From assembly GCA_963794305.1 (NCBI GenBank), contig CAWCDQ010000017.1, positions 80,522-144,521 of the forward strand: DNA of 64,000 nt, read 5' to 3'. Below, piece by piece: positions 38,859 through 47,111 of the stretch. The stretch's first letter is position 1. Each line of letters opens with the position of its first letter. The position numbers and the translations under genes were made by a program. This DNA comes from an uncultured Acidobacteriota bacterium (GTDB lineage Bacteria > Acidobacteriota > Vicinamibacteria > Vicinamibacterales > CAVVIG01). Under the pieces are notes generated by a model that had not been told where the DNA came from, did no database searches, and saw nothing but the letters and a program-made list of their open reading frames with translations.

Positions 38859-39026
38859 CGCTGCGCCCCCTTCAAACCAAATCAGACACTGTTAGAAAGA
38901 CTCGGCATTATCCCAAAATCTGTGCAGAAGTTGCAATCATTGGGAGACAACTGTGTGACAAATGCCAGATTCATGCAGGCTGTCATCGGAGCCGTGCACA
39001 ATCTGCAAGAAACAGCGATCAGGCCA

Positions 39027-39676
39027 TCAATTTGGACCCACCCAGCCCAGAAGAGCGAGAAACTCGGCGAGAACCATGGCCGTCGCGCCCCAAATCTCCA
39101 CGTTCGCAATGCGGAACGCCGGGACGGTCAATGACACCCCGTCGCGCTGGCGCTGAGTGGTGACGAAGTGCCCGGCATCCAGCAGGTCGTCCACGCTGAC
39201 CTCGAGAATGCGTGCGACCTCGCTGTCCGAGGGCGTCAACAAGGGGCGGCTCGCGCGCATGGCCACGATGGGGTGAAGCCGGAAACCGCTGACCGGGATG
39301 TCCAGCGGCGTCAGCGCACCCAGCACGTGCACATCCTCCAACGGTAGAGCCACTTCCTCGTGCGCTTCCCGCAGGGCGGCCTGCTCGAAGGTTTCACCCG
39401 GGTCGACAACGCCGCCGGGCAGCGACACCTGGCCGCCATGGCGCAGGCCATCGGCCCGCACCGTCAGGATGATGTGAGCGCATCACCGCTCGGACGTTTC
39501 TTCGCTTCTTTCGGAAACACCAGCAGCAGGCCCGCGGCATCGCGGGCTCGCGCCGGGCTGAGGCCTCTGGGCCACTGTCGTGGCGGCACCGGTGCCATGT
39601 GGGCCTGCGCCAGCGATCCCGGCAGCTCAACCTCGAGGCCGGCTTTCAGGCGAGCGACGGCGGTGTCGAACGTCAC
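39027..39676 (-). CDS. NUDIX hydrolase, CoA-pyrophosphatase-like; one frameshift near 39479
   Basis: Nudix box GGQVSLPGGVVDPGETFEQAALREAHEEV. Fragments join at ...KKRPSGDA/HIILTVRADGLRH.... GTG start overlaps the cyanophycinase stop (GTGA). Confidence 0.75.
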
Positions 39677-40497
39677 GGCCGCGCGAGGTCCAGCGTCATT
39701 CCCGATCGCAGCACGTGAAATGCAAGGCCGGTCCCCGCGGCGATCGGGCTGGACGAAGCCGGCGGCAGTTTCGCGCCGCGCGCATCGATCACGATGACTG
39801 CGCTCTTGCCGACGACCTCCATCAGCGTGCCTTGCAAGACGACGGCGGTGCCTTCATCGATGCCGACGCCGACCAGCGCTGGATGATCCAGCACGACGCT
39901 GATCAGCCGGCTCTCACGCTGACGGGCGAGGAAATGCTGATCCACGATCACGTCGGGCCACAGCCCGAGACCTGGCGCGGTCGCCGTCGTTCCGGCGCCG
40001 ACGCCCTTCAGGTCGGCCTCGCCGGTGAGCATGACCTTCGAAAGGATCGCGGCGCCGGCGCTCGTGCCTCCCACGGTCACGCCTGCCGCGTGACGCGCGC
40101 GAATGAGATCGTCGAGGCCGGTGCCGGCGATGGCGCTCATGAACCGGTTCTGATCGCCGCCGGGCATCCAGATGAGCGTGGCCGATTCAATCGCGCGCCG
40201 GGCTTCTGCCCGGTCGTCGAAGCTCACCTTCACCGCGGCTCTCGCGCCGGCCTTCTTCCACATCTCGACCGAGCTTTCACCGGCATCGGGAAGCGCCGAT
40301 GACTGCGGCAGCACGGCCACCACCGCGTTCCGGCCGCCGGCGAGCTCGAGCGTCCGCGCAACGATGGCGTCGTTGGTATCGCCGCCGCCAACCGCCACGA
40401 TCGCGCCGTCGGCGCCCGCCGCGGCCCACGTCGGTTTGACGAGGCCGGCGGCGAGACAGGCGCCGGCGACGATCAACGCGACCGCGTAACGTCTCAT
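39673..40497 (-). CDS. cyanophycinase (peptidase S51) with signal peptide
   Basis: Intact 274 aa. Leader MRRYAVALIVAGACLAAGLV; IWMPGGDQNR, GGTSAGAA (Ser nucleophile), DQHF blocks. Confidence 0.8.
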   Translation of the reverse strand: MRRYAVALIVAGACLAAGLVKPTWAAAGADGAIVAVGGGDTNDAIVARTLELAGGRNAVVAVLPQSSALPDAGESSVEMWKKAGARAAVKVSFDDRAEARRAIESATLIWMPGGDQNRFMSAIAGTGLDDLIRARHAAGVTVGGTSAGAAILSKVMLTGEADLKGVGAGTTATAPGLGLWPDVIVDQHFLARQRESRLISVVLDHPALVGVGIDEGTAVVLQGTLMEVVGKSAVIVIDARGAKLPPASSSPIAAGTGLAFHVLRSGMTLDLARP

Positions 40498-40507
40498 GTC
40501 ATTTCGG

Positions 40508-41456
40508 TCAGGGAACGATCGTCATGCCGGCGCAGCTGCTCTGCGGCGCAGGATACGAGCTCTGCGTGATCGCTTTCACGACTTCCGAGGAGATGAACGC
40601 GTAGCCGGGATCGTTGGGATGCAGGCCGTCCGACGAGTAGTTCGACGGGAAGTAGCTGCGCCCGTCACACATCATGTCGATGACGGTGACCGAGGACGAC
40701 ACCAGCGGGTTGACCACGGTTTTCGACATCCCGACGGCCATGCGCTGCGCTGCCTGCCGATCGGCGAGCGAGGCGCCGGCCATGAAGGGCATGCCGGCCG
40801 CATTGGGGACGTTGAGAATGACGATCCGCGGGGAGCCCGCGACGCGCGCGGATGCCGGTCAGCAGCGTCGTATAGTCGTTGGCGAACGCTCTCACCTGCG
40901 AGTCGATGAACGCGTTCGGATCGCTCCCACCCGCCCCGCCGCCAAGCGCCGACCTGATCGTCAGGATCTCGTTCACGCCGGCAAAAATCGTCACCACCGT
41001 CGCATTGGTTTGCACGAACGGCATCTGGGTTTCGATCATGCTGCCGACGATGATGCGTCCATACATCGCGCCAAGGGCCGCGAAATCCCTGCCGATGACC
41101 GTCGTTGGAATCCCGCCGTTCAGGTTGGTGACGGTAAATCCCTGCGCCTTGAGCGCCCGCACGGTTACGGGCACGTAGCCCATTCCGTTCGGGCAGTCGG
41201 TAAAGGGCACGCATTCGGCGCTCGAACCGACCCCGGCCGCATCGCTGGCGCCGACGGCGGTATAAAAAATAGCCGAGCCCGGCGCAGGAGGTCCGCTGGG
41301 CGCCGTCGGACTTCCGTTGTCGCCCAGTCCCAGTTTGTTACAACCCGTCGCAAGAGTAACGACCGCAGCTAGTAGTCCGATCCGCCGAATTGGAGAATTG
41401 AAAGAAGCCGGAAAAAACCTGCTGCCGGTTACCCACATGTGTTGGACGCCCTTCAT
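40508..41456 (-). CDS. SGNH/GDSL-type hydrolase lipoprotein; one frameshift near 40845
   Basis: Lipobox LATGC. Block I-like AVGASDAAG, block V SDGLHPND. Fragments join at ...LLTGIRAR/VAGSPRIVILNVPNAAGMPFM.... Start is ATG 41456 or 41438. Confidence 0.7.
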
Positions 41457-41582
41457 TAGAATGGCATATTCGACCGGAGGCCGTGTCTGTATCTCTTCGC
41501 GCAGCTGAGGCAACTGGCGACCACGGCAGCGGCCGCGGCAACTGGGCTCTTCAATGTCGTCACACAGAATCCCGGGACACGC

Positions 41583-42032
41583 GTGGAGCTGAAGGCGGGC
41601 GATCCGGCTCCGGATTTCTCGCTGCCGGGATCTGATGGCCGAACTTATCGTCTAAAGGAGTTGCTGGGGCGGCCGGTCGTGATTGCCTGGTTTCCGAAGG
41701 CGTTCACTGGCGGCTGAACGGCCGAATGCCGGTCGCTCAGTTCGAGCGACGAAGCGTTGCGGCACCTGGACGTCAGTTATTTTGCCGCGAGCGTCGATTC
41801 GGCCGAGACGAACCGGCGTTTTGCGGAATCGCTTGGGCTCGTGTTCCCGATTCTGAGCGACCCGACGAAAGAGGTCGCGCGGGCGTATGGAGTGCTCGGA
41901 GCGAGCGGGTTCGCGTCGCGGTGGACGTTTTATATCGGAGCGGACGGCCGCATTCTGGACATCGACACCAAGGTCAGCGCCGCGTCCCACGGCCGCGACA
42001 TCGTCGCGAAGTTGACCCAACTCACAAGCTGA
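41583..42032 (+). CDS. AhpE/BCP-like peroxiredoxin with in-frame TGA (41715-41717) at the peroxidatic-Cys position; candidate selenoprotein
   Basis: My own translation from GTG 41583: [96 protein letters not shown].... The frame is the same before and after the TGA. Total ~149 codons, normal for this family. The start codon is uncertain. Confidence 0.65.
41732..41750 (+). promoter_or_regulatory. SECIS-like stem-loop downstream of the in-frame UGA
   Basis: GTCGCTC-agttc-GAGCGAC: 7-bp perfect stem with a 5-nt loop containing GU. The stem begins 14 nt and the loop 21 nt after the UGA. Confidence 0.45.
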
Positions 42033-42066
42033 CCGCGCCCCGCAGGGAGGTCAGGCTGGAGCGTGT

Positions 42067-44994
42067 ATGGCACTGCTCGATCGATTCCGCACTCATCCCG
42101 GTCACAAGAACCCCGACGCCGCGGCACGCCTGCAGTTCGTGCAGGAACTTCCGCTCGACGAACGCGATCTGCTGCTGGAGGTGGCGCGAGAGGATGCCGA
42201 TCCGCGCGTCAGGCGCGCGGCGGTCGCCAAGGTGATGGACCCGCCGGCGCTCGCAGGCGTGGCGAAGGCGGATGCGGACGAGCATGTCCGCAGCCAGGCG
42301 TTGTCGATGCTGCGCGACATCGCGCTCGAGGCGTTCGAAGGCCTCGGCGAGTCCGAGAGTCTGGCGGCCGTCGCCGCAATCGAGGACCCGAAGACGCTGA
42401 TCGGCATCGCGAAGAACGCGTCGCGTGAAGCGACGGCCGGCGCGGCGCTCGAGCGCGTCACCGATGGCCACGCGCTCGGTTCGATTGCCCGGCACGCGGA
42501 GCACGAGAGCGTCCGAAGGGCAGCCTTCGAACGACTGGGCGATCACAACGAACTGCTCGCGATTGCCCTCAACAGTGAGTTCAAGGATCCCACACTCGCC
42601 GCCGTCGAACGGATCACCGACCGCGCCGAGCTCGAGCACATTGCCTCGCGAGCGAAGAACAAGAGTGCCTCGAAGCGCGCGCGCGCGATTCTCCGCGAGA
42701 TGGACGAGCGCCTTGCCGCCGAGGAGCAGGCGGCTCGAGAGGCTGCCGACGCCGCGGCCGCCGCGGCGCTGCCACCGGTCACCGAAGCCGGCTCCGCCGG
42801 GACCGCGGCGCAGGAGCAGGACGCGGCCCGCGACGCTGAGCAGGCCCGCGAAGAGGCGGCACGCGCTGAAGCCGAGCGGCAGGCACGCGAGGCCCGCGAG
42901 ATCGCGGCGGCGCCCCGCGCGGATCTGTGCGATCGCATCGAGAAACTCCAGGGCGAGAAGGCGCTGGAGGAGCTCGAGATCGCGACGGCCGAGTGGGAAG
43001 GCATGCCGGCGCTCGACGACCAGGCGGCCCACGAAGAGCTGACGCGCCGCTTCGAGCGCGCGGTTCGCGCCTGCCAGAAGCGCCACGCGGAGTGGAGAGA
43101 CATCGAGCGGCGCCGCTCGCGGCTGAGGGAACTGGCCGAGGAGGCTGGACGCGCATCCGCGATGGAAGATCTGCAGGCCGCGCGGAGACAGTTCGCGGCC
43201 ATCCGGCGTGAGTGGCACGATCTGGGCGCCGGGCTGATCAGCGATCCGGCGGTCACCGAGCGCTACACGGAAGCCCAGACCGCGTTCGCCGCGCGAGACG
43301 CGGCCGCGCACGAGCAGGATCAGAAGGCTCGACGCGAGGCGCTGATCCGCGCGCAGCAGCTGACCGGGCGCATCGAGGCGATCGCCAACGCGTACCGATC
43401 TGACGCTGAAGAGCGGAGAGCGCGCGCTCAAGGAGATCCGTTCGGCGCTCTCGTCCGTGCCCCAGCTGCCATCGAAGAAGGACTACGACGAGATCGTGCG
43501 GCGGCTGAAGGCGTCGCAGACCGCGCTCATGCCGAAGGTGCAGGAACTGCGCGACGTCGCCGACTGGCAGCGCTGGGCAAACGTCGGGATCCAGGAGCAG
43601 CTGTGCGAGAAGATGGAGGCGCTCAAGTCCGTTGAAGATCCGGAGGCGATCGCCAAGCAGGTGCGCGATCTGCAGCAGCAGTGGCGTCAGGCGGCCGACG
43701 TTCCTCGCGCGCAGGGTGAACTGCTCTGGAAGCGATTCAAGACCGCGCACGACGAGGCGTGGACGCGGTGCGAGGCGCATTTCGCCGCGCAGGCCGAGGC
43801 GCGCGGCGGCAACCTCGCGAAGAAGATCGCGCTGTGCGAACGCGCCGAGGCGCTCGCCGACTCGACCAACTGGATTCAGACCGCCGACGAGATCAAGAAG
43901 CTCCAGGCGGAGTGGAAGACGATCGGCGCGGTGAGTCGCGGTCAGGAGAAGTCGATCTGGGAGCGCTTCCGCAGTGCCTGCGATCGCTTCTTCACGCGGC
44001 GTCACGCCGACCTGGCCCAGCGGAAGACGGTGTGGGCCGACAATCTCGCGAAGAAGGAAGCGCTGTGCGCCAGGGCCGACGCCCTGAAGGATTCGACCGA
44101 CTGGGATGCGGCCGCGCTCGAGATGAAGCGGCTGCAGGCCGAGTGGAAGACGGTCGGCCCGGTAAAGAAGAGCCGCTCGGAAGCGCTGTGGCAGCGGTTC
44201 CGCGGCGCCGCGGATCATTTCTTCGCCCGCTACGCCCAGCGCCACGACATCGCGCTCGGCGAACGGGTTGCGGCGCGCGAGGCGATTTGCGCGGAGATGG
44301 AAGCGCTGGCCGCGCCAGTCGGTCAGTGCGCAGTCGCCGAGCCGTGTCAGTGCGTCGGTCCGGCGGTCGCACAGCGGAATCAGTCGACAGATGCGACGGT
44401 CGCTCAGTCGGCGGTGGACAGTCCCGAATCCGCAATCCGCGATCCGCAATCCGCAATCGAGCAGTCCCCAGCCGAGCCGCCGGCCGATCTGATGCAGACG
44501 GTGAGAGCTTGCGGGGCCGATGGCAGACCGAAATCGCATCGCGCGGCGTGGACCGCGATCGCGCGATGGCGCTCGACGACCGCTTCGCGAAGGCGTTTGC
44601 CGCCGTGATCCAGCGGTGGCCCTCCGTGTTCGGCGGCTCCGATCTCGATCCCGACGCGAACCGCCGCAAGATGGAGACGATCGTCCAGCGGATCGAGGCG
44701 CTCGCGAAATCGATCGGGGGACCGGCGTCGGCGGCCGCGGACGCGGCGTTATCGCCCACGACCCGTCTGGCGGCGATGCTGAAGGAGGCGCTGGCGGCCA
44801 ACACGATCGGCGGCAAGGCCGACGACGACAGCCGTCTGCGCGCGGCGGGCGACGAAGTGCGGCAGGCGCAGGCGACGCTGTCGCGTATCGGGCCGGTTCC
44901 CGATCAGGTGAGGCGGGCGCTCGCGGATCGTTTCCAGCGCGCCACCCGCCGCATCTCCGACGCGACGCAGGCGAAGGCTACTGGCCGATCTTGA
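42067..44994 (+). CDS. HEAT-repeat + DUF349-repeat protein (~975 aa); two frameshifts (~43393, ~44505)
   Basis: N-terminal HEAT-like repeats (DADPRVRRAAVAKV, DADEHVRSQALSML, HESVRRAAFERL). Repeated DUF349 signature (LWKRFKTAHDEAW, IWERFRSACDRFFTRR, LWQRFRGAADHFFARY). Fragments join at ...RIEAIAN/DLTLKSGERALKEIRSALSSVPQLPSKKDY... and ...ADLMQTV/SLRGRWQTEIASRGVD.... Confidence 0.7.
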
Positions 44995-45772
44995 CCAGCT
45001 CGATGTCGAAGACCAGCATGCCGTAGGGCGCTTTCTTGCCCTCGTAGGCAAGCTTCTCGGGAATCCAGAAGCGGGTCTTCTCGCCTTCGAACATCAGCTG
45101 AAGTCCTTCGGTCCAGCCGGCAATCACGCCGTCCAGTCCGAAGGTGGACGGCTGCCCGCGTACGACCGAGCTGTCGAACATCTTGCCGTCGGTCGTCCAG
45201 CCCGTGTAGTGCACCGTCACTTCGCTGTTCGCGCGCGGGTGGCGTCCGCCGACGCCCTCCTTCAGCACCTTGTAGGCAATCCCGCTCGGCGTCTTCTTCG
45301 CGTCTGCCGGCGGCGCTTTCACGTCGGCCGGCGCGCGCGTCGGGATGTCGAGCAGCTCGATGTCGAACACGAGCATGCCCTTCGGTTCCCGCGCACCCTT
45401 GTAGGCGAGCGACTCCGGAATCCACAGCCGGCGCTTCTCGCCGATGACCATCAGCTGGAGCCCTTCGCCGAAGCCGGCGATCACACGGTTGACAGGAAAG
45501 CTCGACGGCTTGCCCTTGGTCACCGAGCTGTCGAACATCGTGCCGTCGGTCTTCCATCCCGTGTAGTGGATGGTGACCACATCTTCTTTGGCCGGATGAT
45601 CGGTGCCCTTGCCCGGGGCGATGACCCTGGTCGCGAGGCCGGACGCCGTTTTGGTGGCGCTTGCCGGCGGCGCGGCGACGTCCGAGGGCGCGGCCACGGT
45701 TGCAGGGGGAGCGGTCTGCGCCGACGCGACAGTTGCGGCGAAGGCGAACACGAGAACAGGAAGAATGCGCAT
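44978..45772 (-). CDS. secreted FKBP-type peptidyl-prolyl isomerase with two FKBP domains
   Basis: Intact 264 aa. Signal MRILPVLVFAFAATVASAQ. Two copies of the VTIHYTGW..DGTMFDSS...F.....VI.G...GLQLM..GEKRR..IP..LAY pattern. 3' end overlaps the convergent DUF349 gene by 17 nt. Confidence 0.85.
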   Translation of the reverse strand: MRILPVLVFAFAATVASAQTAPPATVAAPSDVAAPPASATKTASGLATRVIAPGKGTDHPAKEDVVTIHYTGWKTDGTMFDSSVTKGKPSSFPVNRVIAGFGEGLQLMVIGEKRRLWIPESLAYKGAREPKGMLVFDIELLDIPTRAPADVKAPPADAKKTPSGIAYKVLKEGVGGRHPRANSEVTVHYTGWTTDGKMFDSSVVRGQPSTFGLDGVIAGWTEGLQLMFEGEKTRFWIPEKLAYEGKKAPYGMLVFDIELVKIGQ

Positions 45773-45813
45773 CCGCCTATTTTACCTGTGGTATCCTCCG
45801 CGCTGTACCTAGC

Positions 45814-45835
45814 GGGGCCGACCGGCCCCTACTCG
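45814..45835. repeat. family A-like GC hairpin (GGGGCCG-ac-CGGCCCC + TACTCG)
   Basis: 7-bp perfect stem followed by a CCCCTAC-type tail, in the gap between the divergent FKBP and VOC genes. Confidence 0.6.
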
Positions 45836-45887
45836 CCCCTCGTTCTCGCCGAGGTCGCGGATGTAGGCATCAGCGAGCACACGAAAG

Positions 45888-46292
45888 GTGTGCCCCGTGC
45901 CTCAGTTCAAGAAGCTCACGCCCAATCTCCTGGTTGCCAGCGTCGAGCGCAGCCTTGCCTTCTACGAAAACACGCTCGGTTTCTCGCGCGGGATGACGGT
46001 GCCGGACGCGGCGCCATTCGCCTTTGGCTCGGTCACGGGCGGCGCCGTCGAGATTTTCTTCAACGAGGCCGGCGCCGCGGTGAAGGAGTATCCGGCGTTC
46101 GGGGGCAAGCCGATCGGCGCCACCGGCACGCTGTTCATCGAGGTGGACGGTGTCGATGCGCTGCACGATCGACTGAAGCCGGACGTGAAGATCGTGATGC
46201 CGATCGTGACGCAGTTCTACGGCATGCGTGAGTTCGCGATCGAGGATCCGGACGGCTACATCATCACCTTTGCCGAGCGCGTCGAGAGCTAG
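45888..46292 (+). CDS. VOC-family protein (glyoxalase / bleomycin-resistance fold)
   Basis: Intact 134 aa. LTPNLLVASVERSLAFYENTLGF and YGMREFAIEDPDGYIITFAE are typical of the fold. The start may be GTG 45897. Confidence 0.7.
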   Translation: MCPVPQFKKLTPNLLVASVERSLAFYENTLGFSRGMTVPDAAPFAFGSVTGGAVEIFFNEAGAAVKEYPAFGGKPIGATGTLFIEVDGVDALHDRLKPDVKIVMPIVTQFYGMREFAIEDPDGYIITFAERVES

Positions 46293-46465
46293 CTGCTCAA
46301 TCGCCACACGCTGTGGTGGATGATCGCATCCGGCCATCTGCCACAGCCATTACGATTTACATATCCCCGAGGGAAAGAAACCCGCCACTGCGACCTACAC
46401 AGTTGAAGCGTCCGCGACTCCCGCGGCGCTGCCTGAACCCCGACTGTGAAGGAGCGCGGAATAAT

Positions 46466-47002
46466 ATGTTGAAGATAGCTGCGGTTGCTGTGATGAGCCT
46501 TGGGCTCGCCGGTACGTTGATGGCCGACCGGCGTGACTCTCTCGCGAGATTCGATGGCGCGATCGGCGTGATCCCCGCCTCGAGCGCGACAGGCGCTGTG
46601 AACCCTGACGGAACCTTCCCGAACGTGAATCGAAACATCGTGCGAGGCGTCAATCCTCCAGGATCGCCGTGGCGGATTGCGGATCTGAAGGCCGACATCG
46701 ACGTGTTCGGCCGCATCAGGGTGAGAGGGCGTGGCTTGCTGCTGGCCGGCAGCAACAGCATCGGGCAGAACGCGAACCAGAAGGTGTTCGCGACGTTGAT
46801 CTGTGAAGCCGCCGCGCCCTTCGTCGAGCACAGCACGAACGTTGCCGGAGTGCCGCTCGAACCGAACGGCGATTTTCGCATCGACGACACGCTGAATCCT
46901 GGAGTGGGGACGGACTGCGCGAGCCCGGTGCTCCTGATTCGCAACACCGGTGGTCTGTGGTTCGCCGCCGGGATTCTGAAGGCCGACGACGACGACCGAT
47001 AG
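46466..47002 (+). CDS. hypothetical secreted protein (178 aa), no recognised family
   Basis: ATG 46466 with GAAGGAG 11 nt upstream. Signal MLKIAAVAVMSLGLAGTLMA. Coding-like composition. Confidence 0.5.
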   Translation: MLKIAAVAVMSLGLAGTLMADRRDSLARFDGAIGVIPASSATGAVNPDGTFPNVNRNIVRGVNPPGSPWRIADLKADIDVFGRIRVRGRGLLLAGSNSIGQNANQKVFATLICEAAAPFVEHSTNVAGVPLEPNGDFRIDDTLNPGVGTDCASPVLLIRNTGGLWFAAGILKADDDDR

Positions 47003-47029
47003 GAATCAGACCTGTCGCTGAACGCGTCA

Positions 47030-47110
47030 ATGGCTGATGGCTGATCGCTAATGGCTATGGTCGATGGTTTGCGTCATCCGCCATGGCCATCGCCATCAGC
47101 CATCAGCCAT
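47030..47110. repeat. palindrome built from ATGGCTG heptamers, between convergent stops
   Basis: Left arm atggctgatggctgatcgctaatggctatgg (47030-47060); right arm ccatggccatcgccatcagccatcagccat (47081-47110). Ends 1 nt before the UPF0182 stop. Confidence 0.8.
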
Positions 47111-47111
47111 G

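Noticed and set aside
38859-39026. Search for a sigma-54 (-24 GG / -12 GC) promoter upstream of the glutamine synthetase gene.
   Set aside because: The candidate TGGCAT and TTGCA elements are at the wrong spacing. No GG-N10-GC match was found by eye.
41460-41582. A possible signal peptide (LRQLATTAAAAATGLFNVV) in frame upstream of the peroxiredoxin.
   Set aside because: There is no ATG, GTG or TTG in that frame between the upstream stop (41457-41459) and GTG 41583. The GTG start gives a normal cytoplasmic peroxiredoxin N-terminus ([12 protein letters not shown]). An undetected frameshift cannot be excluded.
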